Shown one piece after another: positions 35,869 through 45,511 of a stretch of 64,000 nucleotides of DNA. The notes below the pieces were generated by a model that had not been told where the DNA came from, did no database searches, and saw nothing but the letters and a program-made list of their open reading frames with translations. Numbering within the stretch: the stretch's first letter is position 1; every line of letters starts with the position of its first letter. The position numbers were made by a program, and so were the translations under genes. This DNA is from a virus, in IMG/VR virus record IMGVR_UViG_3300010224_000007; one strand, given 5' to 3'.

Positions 35869-36120
35869 TCAATTGGCCATGTGTTGCTTGATAGTGTCCA
35901 CCATGTCTTGGGCGCACGGTGGGCGCTCTTTTTTCTTCATTCCTCGCTCGAACTCTTTCCAGAATTTCTCATTGAGTTCGTCGGCGCAGGCCTTTGCGGC
36001 CTTTTGGTTCGGGAAGACAATGTCTCCCCGTTCCCCATTGTGTTCGTAGAAGTGAATGCTCCTACCTTTTCGAAGACAGAGTATCCATTTGCCGTCTTCG
36101 TTCCGAGCGGCGAAGGCCAT
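35869..36120 (-). CDS. Hypothetical protein (83 aa)
   Basis: Tight packing; plausible composition. Confidence 0.5.
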   Translation of the reverse strand: MAFAARNEDGKWILCLRKGRSIHFYEHNGERGDIVFPNQKAAKACADELNEKFWKEFERGMKKKERPPCAQDMVDTIKQHMAN

Positions 36121-36265
36121 CTGGCGTGTACCTGCTATCAGGGATGCGGAAGATGAGGTCTCCCCGAATAGTGGGGAGACCGAAGGTGAAGGCAGACCGA
36201 TCGAAATCAGTGTCGATCGGCGTGCTGTCCAGAAAAGCGGACGGATGAAGGTCGTGCGCGGCCAT
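36062..36265 (-). CDS. Hypothetical protein (67 aa)
   Basis: TGATG coupling to the ligase stop. Confidence 0.4.
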   Translation of the reverse strand: MAAHDLHPSAFLDSTPIDTDFDRSAFTFGLPTIRGDLIFRIPDSRYTPDGLRRSERRRQMDTLSSKR

Positions 36266-37353
36266 CAGTCGACACGGCCGATGGGGTGGAAGTCAGTGGC
36301 GACCGGGAAGCGCGGGATACCGTCCGGTGTCAGGGCGAAGAACTTGATCGTCGCTTGACCACCGATGTAGCGCTGCTTGTTTTCGAGCAAGTCTTTAGTG
36401 AAGGCCTGGTTACCCTTCACGCCGGCTCCGAACTCGCGACCGTCAGGGAGCCTGCAGACCAGACGCTTGCCGTAGCCAGCCCAGTTGCCAAGACCGGGCA
36501 GGACGTCGACCAGCTCGAATTCCTGGTCCTGGAACTCTTTCCGCTTCAGCAGGAGCTTGGACCGCTTCTGCTCATACGGGCCGACGAGGCGGACCATCTG
36601 GCCCTCATAGCCAGCCTCCATGTACTGGATGTACAGATAGTCGAGCATATCTGGGCCGCTCACGTAGCGGGTGTCGACGAACTGGATCACGTCGGTCGGC
36701 CGGCGCTTCTCGTAGGGGAAGAAGTTGGCGAGGGGGATCATCCGGTTCGGCCAGTCTTCCGTGCCGTAGCAGTCGTAGACGTGGAACTGGATCATGGCCT
36801 TGGCCTTGGCCAGATCGTCGTCGTCGTTCTTCAATCGCCGAACGATGGAGGCGATCTCGTTGAAGTCGTCTTTCAGGGCGTGATTGTACAGCTCACCGTC
36901 AACGACCATCTCGGGGTACAGTTCGAAGAGCGGTTCGAGCGCTTCCACGATATGTGGTGCAGCCGTGATTGGCTTGCCTTGGCGGGTGAAGAGACCACGG
37001 GCGGTAGCCACGCAGCGGATGCCATCCAGCTTCGGCTGTGAGAACACCGGGAACTTCACCTTGCCGCTGTAGGACTTGGCGAGCATTGGTTCGAAGATGA
37101 TCGGCTCGTCAATCGTGGAGATCGAGCGGTGGTAGGTGCGAGCCAGCTTCTTGGCTTCCTCGGCCTGGGCCTCGAACAGGGCCTGGGCCTCGGCGGTGGG
37201 CTGGCTCTTCGGAGTGCAGACGGTGAAGCCGGAGGCCACCATGGCACCATCCTGGATGCCGGAGAAGGTGCGCCAGGAGTCGCCGTCGACTTCATAGTAC
37301 CAGACGCGGATGTTGCCGGTGGAGTCGCGTTTGTAGATTGGATCGGAGAACAT
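36265..37353 (-). CDS. ATP-dependent DNA ligase
   Basis: SQPKLDGIR (KxDG), VDGELY, EGQMVR, LLKRK, RFP motifs; small N-terminal WGR-like domain. Confidence 0.93.
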   Translation of the reverse strand: MFSDPIYKRDSTGNIRVWYYEVDGDSWRTFSGIQDGAMVASGFTVCTPKSQPTAEAQALFEAQAEEAKKLARTYHRSISTIDEPIIFEPMLAKSYSGKVKFPVFSQPKLDGIRCVATARGLFTRQGKPITAAPHIVEALEPLFELYPEMVVDGELYNHALKDDFNEIASIVRRLKNDDDDLAKAKAMIQFHVYDCYGTEDWPNRMIPLANFFPYEKRRPTDVIQFVDTRYVSGPDMLDYLYIQYMEAGYEGQMVRLVGPYEQKRSKLLLKRKEFQDQEFELVDVLPGLGNWAGYGKRLVCRLPDGREFGAGVKGNQAFTKDLLENKQRYIGGQATIKFFALTPDGIPRFPVATDFHPIGRVD

Positions 37354-37541
37354 CAGAGCTTGACCTTTAAGCGTTTGCGATAGTCGGACTTCATCTCCGA
37401 CATGAGAGCCCGACGAGCCTTGCGGTTCAGGCCGGTGAAGGGGTTGGGCAGATCCTGGATCTGTGCAGATCGCCGGTTGCTGGCGAGGCTAGTATCGTCG
37501 ACAGGAGCAGCCTGTCGTGCCATGACATCGGGTGGGTTCAT
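37353..37541 (-). CDS. Hypothetical basic protein (62 aa)
   Basis: Coupled at both ends; contains NRKARRA. Confidence 0.45.
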   Translation of the reverse strand: MNPPDVMARQAAPVDDTSLASNRRSAQIQDLPNPFTGLNRKARRALMSEMKSDYRKRLKVKL

Positions 37542-37843
37542 GATCGGTTCCGGTAGTTGTCCAGGGCAGAGTGACAGGTGCTCACCGTGTTGGGGTTGAC
37601 CTTGACCGTGCCGTAGAAATCGGTGTGGAGAGCGCAGACGCCGCCTGAATAGGCCGAGCATGTTCTGCATGAATGGCCCTCGATCTTGAGGGCGGCGGTG
37701 AGGATGTTCCTCACCGCCAGCTCGCGGAGATGTTTCCTCCGCTTCCGGCCCCAGGCATTGAATTCCTGGGCGCAGCGTTCCCACTCCTGCGGGAACAGCA
37801 ATTTTGCTAGAGCGGTGCGCTCGTCAGCCGAGAAGATACTCAA
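37538..37843 (-). CDS. Hypothetical Cys-containing protein
   Basis: TTG start; CRTC...C motif. Confidence 0.45.
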   Translation of the reverse strand: MSIFSADERTALAKLLFPQEWERCAQEFNAWGRKRRKHLRELAVRNILTAALKIEGHSCRTCSAYSGGVCALHTDFYGTVKVNPNTVSTCHSALDNYRNRS

Positions 37844-38336
37844 GCGAGACCGTTGCCTTGTAGCCTGGAGCCCAGGCGGGGCCGGCTTCGATAATGTCGG
37901 CCAGCTCGTCGATCTCTTCGATCTCGGTGACCTTGGTCCAGGAGCCGCCGTTCGGATCGGGGATCGTGATCGTCGCTGCCCACCGCTGAGCGCCGACACC
38001 CTCGATCGCGGCCTGGGCGGCTGCATCGGCGAAGATGCTACTCATCGCGAGACCGCACTGGCATTCCGTCGAATAGAGATCGAGGTAGAGTTCACGCAGA
38101 GCGCGGAGCGAAGTGCGAACGTCCTCGTCCATGACAGCGTGTTCGAGCAGCTCATTGAGCACGCTCGGATGGACATTCCAAGCGATGGGCGACATCAGCG
38201 CGGAAATGAGGATATTACACTGCTGCAGGTTGGCAGCGACCGGTCCCATGTGGGTGATCTCGTCGAGGAAGTTCTGCACTTCCTCGTGGGTGGCGTCGAC
38301 ATCGAGATTGCGGATAGCTGGTTCGGTGGTGTTCAT
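37824..38336 (-). CDS. Hypothetical protein (170 aa)
   Basis: ATGA overlap with the polymerase stop. Confidence 0.55.
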   Translation of the reverse strand: MNTTEPAIRNLDVDATHEEVQNFLDEITHMGPVAANLQQCNILISALMSPIAWNVHPSVLNELLEHAVMDEDVRTSLRALRELYLDLYSTECQCGLAMSSIFADAAAQAAIEGVGAQRWAATITIPDPNGGSWTKVTEIEEIDELADIIEAGPAWAPGYKATVSLEYLLG

Positions 38337-41182
38337 GCTGCAAGTTTCCGTTGTTCAAAGAGGTAGTCCACGACACCTCGGATTTCGTCATCGTTCAGTC
38401 GGCCACCCCACTTCGCTTCAGGGACGAAGCTGAATTTGGGTGACTCGAAGAGTTCCACCTGACCGAGAAGCACGCCCTTCTTGTCGCTCCAGGGCTCGAA
38501 GGTCAGGCCCACGGAAGGGCTGGCGTCGAGCTTGCAAAGCTTGAACATGTCGGGGTGGTCGATCATGGTGCCACGGGCGAGGCTGATAAACTCCGGGACA
38601 ATGTCCCTGTGGACGGAGAAGACCAACTCGTCGTGGATCGGGATCATGAAGCGGGCTTCCCTTTCGGTCCAACCGGCCTTCTTGATCTTGTCGTTGATGC
38701 GGATGACCGACCTTTTGGCGATCGTCGCGCAGGAGCCTTGGATCATGCTGTTGACCAGCTGATTGTTGGCTCGGGTCTGGATCTTGCGAGCCATGAAACC
38801 GATCACCGCGTTGAAGCGGCGAACGAGATCATCCTCGCGAGCACCCGGAAGCAGAAACTTCTGCATGAAGAGATCAGCCCACATGGGCGTGGCCTCGAAG
38901 CGCACCCGACGTTGGCCATCGGGCAAGGTAACATAGCCGTTCCGCTGACCCTCTTGGATCAAGGCAACACGCCATTGCTCCGCTTCACTGAAGCGGCTGC
39001 GGTAGCGGTCGGTGGCTTCGGCGGTCTTGGTGCTATCCCAACCCATTCGCTCGCCGATGGTTGCCAGCCAACCGGAATACCAGTAGTTGAAGTTGGCACC
39101 TTTGCCGACTTCCGTGCGCCAGTATTTGTAAGCGTCACCGATGTCGAGCGCGGTGCCCTTCAAATTGGTAAAGAGCCGGTTGAAGTTCGTTTGCTGGCTC
39201 CGAAACTCTTCTTCGTATTCCTCGCGGAGCTTGAAGTTTTTCAGAGCCTTGAACGACGCTTCGTCCAACCCTGGTACATCGACCGACAAGATATCGGCCG
39301 CTGCACCGGCATGAAGATCCTCGTGAGGGATCTGACCGAAGGCCTTCACAAACTGGCGGTCGCCGGAGAACTCTCCGATTTCTACCAGCTCGATCGCTGA
39401 CCAGTCGATCGAGACGATGACGTGATCGTCGTAGTCGGCCTCAAAGAACCCGCGAACGTAGGTGCTCTCACCACGCTTCGCGAGCTGCATCGGGTTCGGA
39501 TAAGACGCCGCCATTCGCCGGCTCGCCAGCATGGACGAGACGACCGGATACATCCGGCCGGTTTCCGGGTCCATCAGCTGATTATACGGTGTCAAGTAGA
39601 GCTTCATGCGCTGCTCGACGCCGGCGATCTTGTTGATTGCCTCAATCAGCTTGATGCCGAAGTAGGCCCGCAGGTTGTATCGTTCGAAGAGCGCTTCGAG
39701 CCGCTGGACAGCAGCATCGTAACCCTCGTCCTCCTCATCCAGCTGCTTGACCTCGGCCTGAGCGGACGTGATCCGCAGACCCACCTCGGGAGGCAGGTCC
39801 GCGATGTCAGCCTTCAGCTTCCGCTCCAGCCGGTCTTTCAACCGGCCTCGGCATTCACCATCCGACTGGACCTTGCCATCCGAGCGGATCAGCTTGGTCT
39901 GGATCAGGTCGTAGATCAGAACCCGAATCGGCATGTAATGCGAGAAGTTCGGACCCTTCGGCTCCGGAGCGCCCCGGTCTGCCGACCAGGAGTTCGACAC
40001 CGGCCCGCGCACCTGGATGCACTGGGTGAAGTCGTCCTTACTGTTCTCGCTTTCTGCCCAACTGGTGATCTGATTGCGGTACTTGGCGTGCTTGCCATCC
40101 TTGTACCACTTCTCGGCCAGGAGCGGTTCATACGGCTCATCCTGGAAGGGAAGGAGCTTCTGCACCGTGTCCTTCATCCCGCGAAGGATGTCGGCCATCA
40201 CCGTTCGTTCCAGGTCACGCCGGCTGCTGACTGCATCCGTGTTCACCTTCAGGCCGTTGATCCAGATGTTCGAGAACACCTCGATCATCGGGTTTTCCTG
40301 GGTGAAGAAGCAGTTCAGCGCGGCCGGCGAGTTCTTCGCCATATAGTCCATGAGCTTGCGGAACAAGCGCATGGCCCAGTAGGCGTCGTCTGCACCATAG
40401 GCTACGGTCTCAGCACCGGTGAGCTGGCCCATGTGGGCCTTGTCACCGAGCACCTGCTGGAAGGTCGTCATATTGTGACCGAACATAGTCTTGACGAGCT
40501 TCTTCAGACCATAGCTGTACGCGATCGACTTGACGAAGCCATTGTAGGAATGCTCAGCCGAGCTTTCCTTCGCAAGGATTTTGAACACGAGTTCCGACAG
40601 CGACGGTGGCATGTCGTTCGGACTGTCCGGATCATAATCCTTGCACTCTGCCAGGATGGCCGGCATGAGGCGCTTCATCTCGCCCTGGCCAGCAGCGTTG
40701 AACTCACGAATGTCGTATTCGTCGGGTCCGAACGCGGAGACGGCCATCTGCATCGTGTCGATGTAGCGGGGCAGTTGGAAGTTGTAGCACGACTTGAAGA
40801 CAGTCAATTCGTAGTTCGCGTTGTGCGCGACCCAATATGACGTCTCAGGCAGTGCTTCGAGCAGCAGTTTTGCCTTCGACCACGGCAGGCGGTTTTCGAC
40901 GTCCGCGTGGTTCAGGTTCACATAGTAGGCGGTATCGCCGCCCTCCGGATACACCGAGTACCCGGTCATGACGGTGCGTCGAATATCGAACACCGTCTTC
41001 GCGGTGGCCGCTTTCTTGCGGGTCACCGGATCGTAGGAACAGTAGGACATCAAGCCTTCGTGCCTGTTGTCGTCCTGTGTTTCCGTGTCGAGGCCGACGA
41101 AAGACGCGGCCTTTATTTCGTTGATAATTCGAAGAGCATGTTGCTCGAAGTTCGTCTTATCAATGAGCAGTGTTTGGATCAA
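38333..41182 (-). CDS. Family A DNA polymerase with 3'-5' exonuclease domain
   Basis: LDTET and AHNANYE exonuclease motifs; motif A IDWSAIEL; motif B GKGANFNYWY; motif C IHDELV. Confidence 0.92.
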   Translation of the reverse strand: MIQTLLIDKTNFEQHALRIINEIKAASFVGLDTETQDDNRHEGLMSYCSYDPVTRKKAATAKTVFDIRRTVMTGYSVYPEGGDTAYYVNLNHADVENRLPWSKAKLLLEALPETSYWVAHNANYELTVFKSCYNFQLPRYIDTMQMAVSAFGPDEYDIREFNAAGQGEMKRLMPAILAECKDYDPDSPNDMPPSLSELVFKILAKESSAEHSYNGFVKSIAYSYGLKKLVKTMFGHNMTTFQQVLGDKAHMGQLTGAETVAYGADDAYWAMRLFRKLMDYMAKNSPAALNCFFTQENPMIEVFSNIWINGLKVNTDAVSSRRDLERTVMADILRGMKDTVQKLLPFQDEPYEPLLAEKWYKDGKHAKYRNQITSWAESENSKDDFTQCIQVRGPVSNSWSADRGAPEPKGPNFSHYMPIRVLIYDLIQTKLIRSDGKVQSDGECRGRLKDRLERKLKADIADLPPEVGLRITSAQAEVKQLDEEDEGYDAAVQRLEALFERYNLRAYFGIKLIEAINKIAGVEQRMKLYLTPYNQLMDPETGRMYPVVSSMLASRRMAASYPNPMQLAKRGESTYVRGFFEADYDDHVIVSIDWSAIELVEIGEFSGDRQFVKAFGQIPHEDLHAGAAADILSVDVPGLDEASFKALKNFKLREEYEEEFRSQQTNFNRLFTNLKGTALDIGDAYKYWRTEVGKGANFNYWYSGWLATIGERMGWDSTKTAEATDRYRSRFSEAEQWRVALIQEGQRNGYVTLPDGQRRVRFEATPMWADLFMQKFLLPGAREDDLVRRFNAVIGFMARKIQTRANNQLVNSMIQGSCATIAKRSVIRINDKIKKAGWTEREARFMIPIHDELVFSVHRDIVPEFISLARGTMIDHPDMFKLCKLDASPSVGLTFEPWSDKKGVLLGQVELFESPKFSFVPEAKWGGRLNDDEIRGVVDYLFEQRKLAA

Positions 41183-41943
41183 AGGAAGAACTCTTTAAGA
41201 TAGTTGTCTGCTGCTTTCGGGTCGTTTTTTCCGACCTTCATGCTGGAAACTATCAAATCGATATCTACAGGAAAAAATCCAGTGATTTCCCAGTGCGCTC
41301 TAATAGAGCTAGGATGAATTTTGCACCGTTTGGGTAGAGACAGGTCGATTTCCGAGCTGCCATCGGCGACGATATCGTCAATGAACCGGCGCAGTTTGTC
41401 CTTGTCTACCTCGGCCCATGTCTTGTCACCGAACTGCTCGATTCCGGGTATATTATCCGAGGCGTCACCCACCGTCACTTTGTAGTAGCGAACCATGTCC
41501 ATCGGTACATGTGGTTTGGGGTTTGCACCGACGAAAATGTTGTTCGGATACTCAGCGCTGAGCTGCATCATATCGTAGTCGTTCGACCAGATCTCGATGG
41601 TGTCGCCATTGGCGGCATAGCGCCGAGCCAGCGTGGCGATCACGTCATCGGCCTCATAGCCGTCGACCTTGAACTGGATTGCGGAAGAGAGTTCGAGCGT
41701 CCTCTGGACCATCTTGAAGGCTTCATAGACGGACTCACCCGGCTTCTGGCGCTTGCCCTTGTAGGCTGGGTAGATCGCCTTGCGACGGTCGTTTCCCTTG
41801 AAACCGTCCCACACATAGAGCACGGCGCTGTCCTGCACCATCTTCTGCACGTCGTTGTAGAGCGTGCGCGGAACGAGGCCGGTATGGTCACGTTCGATCG
41901 CTTTGCGAACAAAATTGTTCGCGTCAAAAATCCGGTATCGCAT
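41179..41943 (-). CDS. 5'-3' exonuclease/flap endonuclease
   Basis: IFDANN, YVWDG, YKGKR, EADDVIA, SNDYD, GDASDNIPGI..FG.KT. Confidence 0.92.
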   Translation of the reverse strand: MRYRIFDANNFVRKAIERDHTGLVPRTLYNDVQKMVQDSAVLYVWDGFKGNDRRKAIYPAYKGKRQKPGESVYEAFKMVQRTLELSSAIQFKVDGYEADDVIATLARRYAANGDTIEIWSNDYDMMQLSAEYPNNIFVGANPKPHVPMDMVRYYKVTVGDASDNIPGIEQFGDKTWAEVDKDKLRRFIDDIVADGSSEIDLSLPKRCKIHPSSIRAHWEITGFFPVDIDLIVSSMKVGKNDPKAADNYLKEFFL

Positions 41944-41957
41944 TGGAAATCCTACAT

Positions 41958-41983
41958 AAAGAAAGGCCCGCCGAAGCGGGCCT
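41958..41983 (-). terminator. Terminator after the putative SSB gene
   Basis: AGGCCCGC-TTCG-GCGGGCCT followed by TTCTTT on the minus strand. Confidence 0.8.
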
Positions 41984-42004
41984 GTTCTGGCGGCGGAGCC
42001 GGTC

Positions 42005-42688
42005 TTAGTTGACCGATTCCGGACGCGGGTTCACGAGCTTGAGGACGCCCCAGGTGCCCTTGGCATTCTTCCGGGTTTCCTGCTCGATGTCGACGACGAT
42101 GCGACCAGCGCGGATGTCGAGACCGGCCTTGCTGGCCTGCTGCAGGAGCGTCTGGTAGGACTTCCAACCAGTCGTGGAGAGCGAGTGACCGATGGACTCG
42201 CCAGCGTTCACAAGGATTTCACCCTTCTTGTTCTTGATGTCGTCGAGGACTTCGAAAGGCAGATCCGCCGAGCGGAACTCGGAGGCATTCGGGTCGATAC
42301 GCTGGGCCTGGGCCACAACGTCAGCCCACGGACGCTGCTTGGCCGAAACCAAACGGTCGTAGGTCTTTTCGTAGATCGCAGGATTGCCGTACTTGATCGA
42401 GTAGCAATACTGCACCGCGCTGAAGTCGAGCACCGCAGTGATCTTGTCGAGCGGGGTATTGTCGGTCCCGATGAAGAGGCCAATTTCGTTCACCTTCAAC
42501 CACGCGGTAACGTTCAGGGAGCCGGTGAGCATGTCGTCGACACCGAGCGGCGCACCGCGAGTCGGCATTGCGACGGCGGTCGAGCCCTGCACGGTGGCAG
42601 GAACGAGACCCATGTTGGCGTTGGCGTCCTGAGAGATGTTACCTGCAGCTGCGGTTGCGGCGGCGATAGCGGCTTGGATGGGGTCCAT
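42005..42688 (-). CDS. Putative ssDNA-binding/replication accessory protein (227 aa)
   Basis: Position between helicase and exonuclease, own terminator. Function is inferred only. Confidence 0.45.
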   Translation of the reverse strand: MDPIQAAIAAATAAAGNISQDANANMGLVPATVQGSTAVAMPTRGAPLGVDDMLTGSLNVTAWLKVNEIGLFIGTDNTPLDKITAVLDFSAVQYCYSIKYGNPAIYEKTYDRLVSAKQRPWADVVAQAQRIDPNASEFRSADLPFEVLDDIKNKKGEILVNAGESIGHSLSTTGWKSYQTLLQQASKAGLDIRAGRIVVDIEQETRKNAKGTWGVLKLVNPRPESVN

Positions 42689-42773
42689 AGAGATAATCCT
42701 TATACAAGTGACAGTGTTAGATGTCAGACGTTCACAGTTGACTAGCCCTATTTAATCATAGTTCCTCCGGTGT

Positions 42774-42791
42774 CAAACGGAGGTCTATTGG
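42774..42791 (-). promoter_or_regulatory. Repeated upstream box plus TTGACA (copy 3)
   Basis: CCAATAGACCTCCGTTTGACA overlapping the helicase stop codon. Confidence 0.55.
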
Positions 42792-44233
42792 TACTCCGCA
42801 ATTGAATAGTCTTTTTCATGACCAGACAATTGAAGGATGGGCCTTGTCGGGTCGACCTTGTGGGCGTCCAAGCTCTTCTTGTAGATAATTCCGAGCTTGT
42901 GCTGGTCGATACTGTTCGCGTATTCGAAGACGGAAACCCGCAAGGGGCTGAGCCGCTTTCCTCGAACACCGCGAGCGTTGGCCTGGAGGAATGTTGTGTC
43001 CAAGAAATCCAGGGTGAGGTGGATGATATGATCGACCTCGCGCTTCCCGCAGAACTGCCAGTTAAAACCGACATCAGCGCACTGCGGGGAGCACAGCATG
43101 TAATCGATACGACCCTCTTCGAAGGCGCGGGCGACCGCGTCCGACTGCTTGATGGTCATACCACCCCAGATGCGCCCGTAGCGGAGTTTGCGCTTCTGAA
43201 GCATTTCTTCGATCCGCTCCTGTTGTGGAATCATCGCGGTATAGATGATCAGGGGCGCACCGGTGTTCTCGTGGTCGTCGAGATGGATATCAAGGAGTTC
43301 CTCCTTGCCAGTCATCTCGCCTGGGATCACGTCGATGAATTTCCCCGGATCGGTCAGATCCGGGAAACGGTTTGGATGTTCCATGAGCTGTTGCGCTCGA
43401 AGGAACGCCACACCGGGCTCAAGGCCGGTGAGGTAGAATTTCTGCAAATCGACTACTGCCTGCTCATGAAACTGGTCGTAAAGCTCACGCTGCTTAGGCG
43501 ACATCGAAACGACCTCTGGTATGATGATCGGATCATTGCCTTCGCCGAACACATCCTTGAATGTGCGCCGGATCGCGTGCCGGCCGAATATGGCCCGCAG
43601 CTTCTCATGGTTCTTCCAGCCGATGATCTTCTTGTCCGCGTCCTTGATGGCGTGTTGCCATTCGAACGCTTCAGCGTGGGGGTAGTATCGTGGCTCAATG
43701 ACTTTGATCGCGGGATAGGCTGACGTCAGCTTCCCGCTGATCAGCGTGCCGGTCATGGCAATGAACCAACGCATGCGTTTTGTCTCAAACACCTCGAACA
43801 AGGCCAGGGAAGCCTCACTGGTCGGTGATTTGAAGCCCTTGTGGAATTCGTCGATATGAACGGCCTTCACATAATCAGGCAGCTGCTTATAGCTGAGCGC
43901 CCAACGTCGGTAGCCCATCAGGAAAACTTTCGCTCCAGAAGCGAGTTGTTTCTCGACCTGTTTACGGGTGCCGTCGACAATAACAACATCTTCTTCCTTG
44001 AAGTGAGTGAACCGAAGAACTTCCCTCCTATTCTTGTCGAGAAGCCGCTTAGGCATTGGCCATACTGTGCCGACTCCGTGGTGGTTCCAAAGATACCATT
44101 GCATGACGACGACTGAAGGGGTTTTCCCTGTCCCTGGGTCTGACAAGTTCATACATTTTTCATTGGCAATATAAAAACTGAGATCAGCCACTTGCTCCGT
44201 ACGAAGAGTCGGTTTATCGGGTGTGTCAATCAT
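42785..44233 (-). CDS. Superfamily 2 (SNF2-like) helicase
   Basis: DPGTGKT, HIDEFH, MTGT, GFNWQ, QANAR motifs. Confidence 0.88.
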   Translation of the reverse strand: MIDTPDKPTLRTEQVADLSFYIANEKCMNLSDPGTGKTPSVVVMQWYLWNHHGVGTVWPMPKRLLDKNRREVLRFTHFKEEDVVIVDGTRKQVEKQLASGAKVFLMGYRRWALSYKQLPDYVKAVHIDEFHKGFKSPTSEASLALFEVFETKRMRWFIAMTGTLISGKLTSAYPAIKVIEPRYYPHAEAFEWQHAIKDADKKIIGWKNHEKLRAIFGRHAIRRTFKDVFGEGNDPIIIPEVVSMSPKQRELYDQFHEQAVVDLQKFYLTGLEPGVAFLRAQQLMEHPNRFPDLTDPGKFIDVIPGEMTGKEELLDIHLDDHENTGAPLIIYTAMIPQQERIEEMLQKRKLRYGRIWGGMTIKQSDAVARAFEEGRIDYMLCSPQCADVGFNWQFCGKREVDHIIHLTLDFLDTTFLQANARGVRGKRLSPLRVSVFEYANSIDQHKLGIIYKKSLDAHKVDPTRPILQLSGHEKDYSIAEYQ

Positions 44234-44251
44234 GAGAGAAGGAACCAGTTC

Positions 44252-44533
44252 ATGGATGTAAGCGAGATAGACAAAGAGATCGCTCGGCTTGAGAAGCTCA
44301 AAGCCGAGGCGATGGAAGCGGAGAAAGAGAAGCAACGAGTTGCCGAGTTTGAGGAAGCCAAAGAGGTAATGGGTCGGCTGCTTGTCGACATCAACCGTAT
44401 ATATGACCTCGGGTATTGCCCTCCAAGACTGTTGGAAGCCCTGAAGGATGGCACCGGGAAGTTTGCTCCTGGCACCTACATCAAGAGACCAAAGGCTCCC
44501 CGAGAGCCTAAATACCACATTGACCGGGACTAG
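44252..44533 (+). CDS. Coiled-coil protein (93 aa), opposite to the surrounding operon
   Basis: AGAAGGA RBS; own terminator at 44543-44573. Confidence 0.7.
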   Translation: MDVSEIDKEIARLEKLKAEAMEAEKEKQRVAEFEEAKEVMGRLLVDINRIYDLGYCPPRLLEALKDGTGKFAPGTYIKRPKAPREPKYHIDRD

Positions 44534-44542
44534 CTCCTGTTG

Positions 44543-44573
44543 AAGGCCGGCGTTTCACGCCGGCCTTTGTTTT
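44543..44573 (+). terminator. Terminator
   Basis: AAGGCCGGCGT/ACGCCGGCCTT plus TGTTTT. Confidence 0.8.
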
Positions 44574-44958
44574 ATAAGCAACCCGAATAGTAAGAAGCCC
44601 AAGCTGCTTCTGTCTCATGATCGTTTTCCTCGGCACAGTCCTCACAGATGTAACAACCATCGTGAGCAGAGTACGCCGGTGTTTCGTTCGTCAGCCACGT
44701 CCAGCTACCGCCACACCACGGTGCACAGCAGTAGCCTGGGCGGGGAACGTTCTTCAGCCGTGGTCGGCCATGATAGCCGAACCGGATCATGTTGATGAGT
44801 TGCCACCACAAGATCCTCCCAGCCCGCGTCTGCGGGCCGTGGAGCGCGATCCAGGTCCAGACCGCGTCCCAGTTCATCCGATAGAGATTGCGCCACTCAG
44901 CCCAAGCCAGGGCCACGCTGAGCGCGATAAAAGGCATGAGCGGACAGAAGACTACCAT
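44572..44958 (-). CDS. Hypothetical protein with N-terminal hydrophobic segment and C-terminal Cys motifs
   Basis: TGATG coupling; CCAPWC...CYICEDC. Confidence 0.5.
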   Translation of the reverse strand: MVVFCPLMPFIALSVALAWAEWRNLYRMNWDAVWTWIALHGPQTRAGRILWWQLINMIRFGYHGRPRLKNVPRPGYCCAPWCGGSWTWLTNETPAYSAHDGCYICEDCAEENDHETEAAWASYYSGCL

Positions 44959-45140
44959 CAGCGCCAGATCCGCTTGTAGAAGCGTTTCTGGCCGTCGCCA
45001 TGGTCCTGCCACTCGCGCACCCAGCCGGCTCCCTTCGCCGCCAGTAGAGCCTGCTCGTAGTCGATTGGATCGTCGAACTCCTGCAGCTCGCCCTCGTTGA
45101 CCTGGACAACGTATTTGACCAGGGGTTTGGTCTCGGTCAC
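44958..45140 (-). CDS. Hypothetical protein (60 aa)
   Basis: Coupled to both neighbours. Confidence 0.5.
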   Translation of the reverse strand: MTETKPLVKYVVQVNEGELQEFDDPIDYEQALLAAKGAGWVREWQDHGDGQKRFYKRIWR

Positions 45141-45511
45141 TGGACCGCCCCCGGCAATGGCGAGAACTTCGGCTTAGCCGCAGCCTTTGCACGGACCTTT
45201 GCCATGATCTCCGGCTGGAGAATGCGACCCAGCTCAGTGAATGCGGCTCTGTCGAGATCAATATCCTTCGCCTCGCACAAGAGCGCGAGAGTGACCATCG
45301 TGCCGCCAACTTCCTGCGATGGCTCGCCGATTGGCCGGCCGAACACATAGTCGACCAGCTGCAGAGCCTCTTCCCTGGTGCAGTCACACGACTGGGCGAG
45401 TTCCAATGCTTCCTCCAGGAAGCGGTGCATGCGCTCCTGGGGCTCGACGTCGGGAGCGCTGCTGAAGCAGTCCCGGAACCAGCCAGACACGCACATCTGG
45501 AAATGTTTCAT
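45137..45511 (-). CDS. MazG-like pyrophosphohydrolase-fold protein
   Basis: RFLEEALELAQ...QEVGG acidic motifs. Confidence 0.6.
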   Translation of the reverse strand: MKHFQMCVSGWFRDCFSSAPDVEPQERMHRFLEEALELAQSCDCTREEALQLVDYVFGRPIGEPSQEVGGTMVTLALLCEAKDIDLDRAAFTELGRILQPEIMAKVRAKAAAKPKFSPLPGAVQ

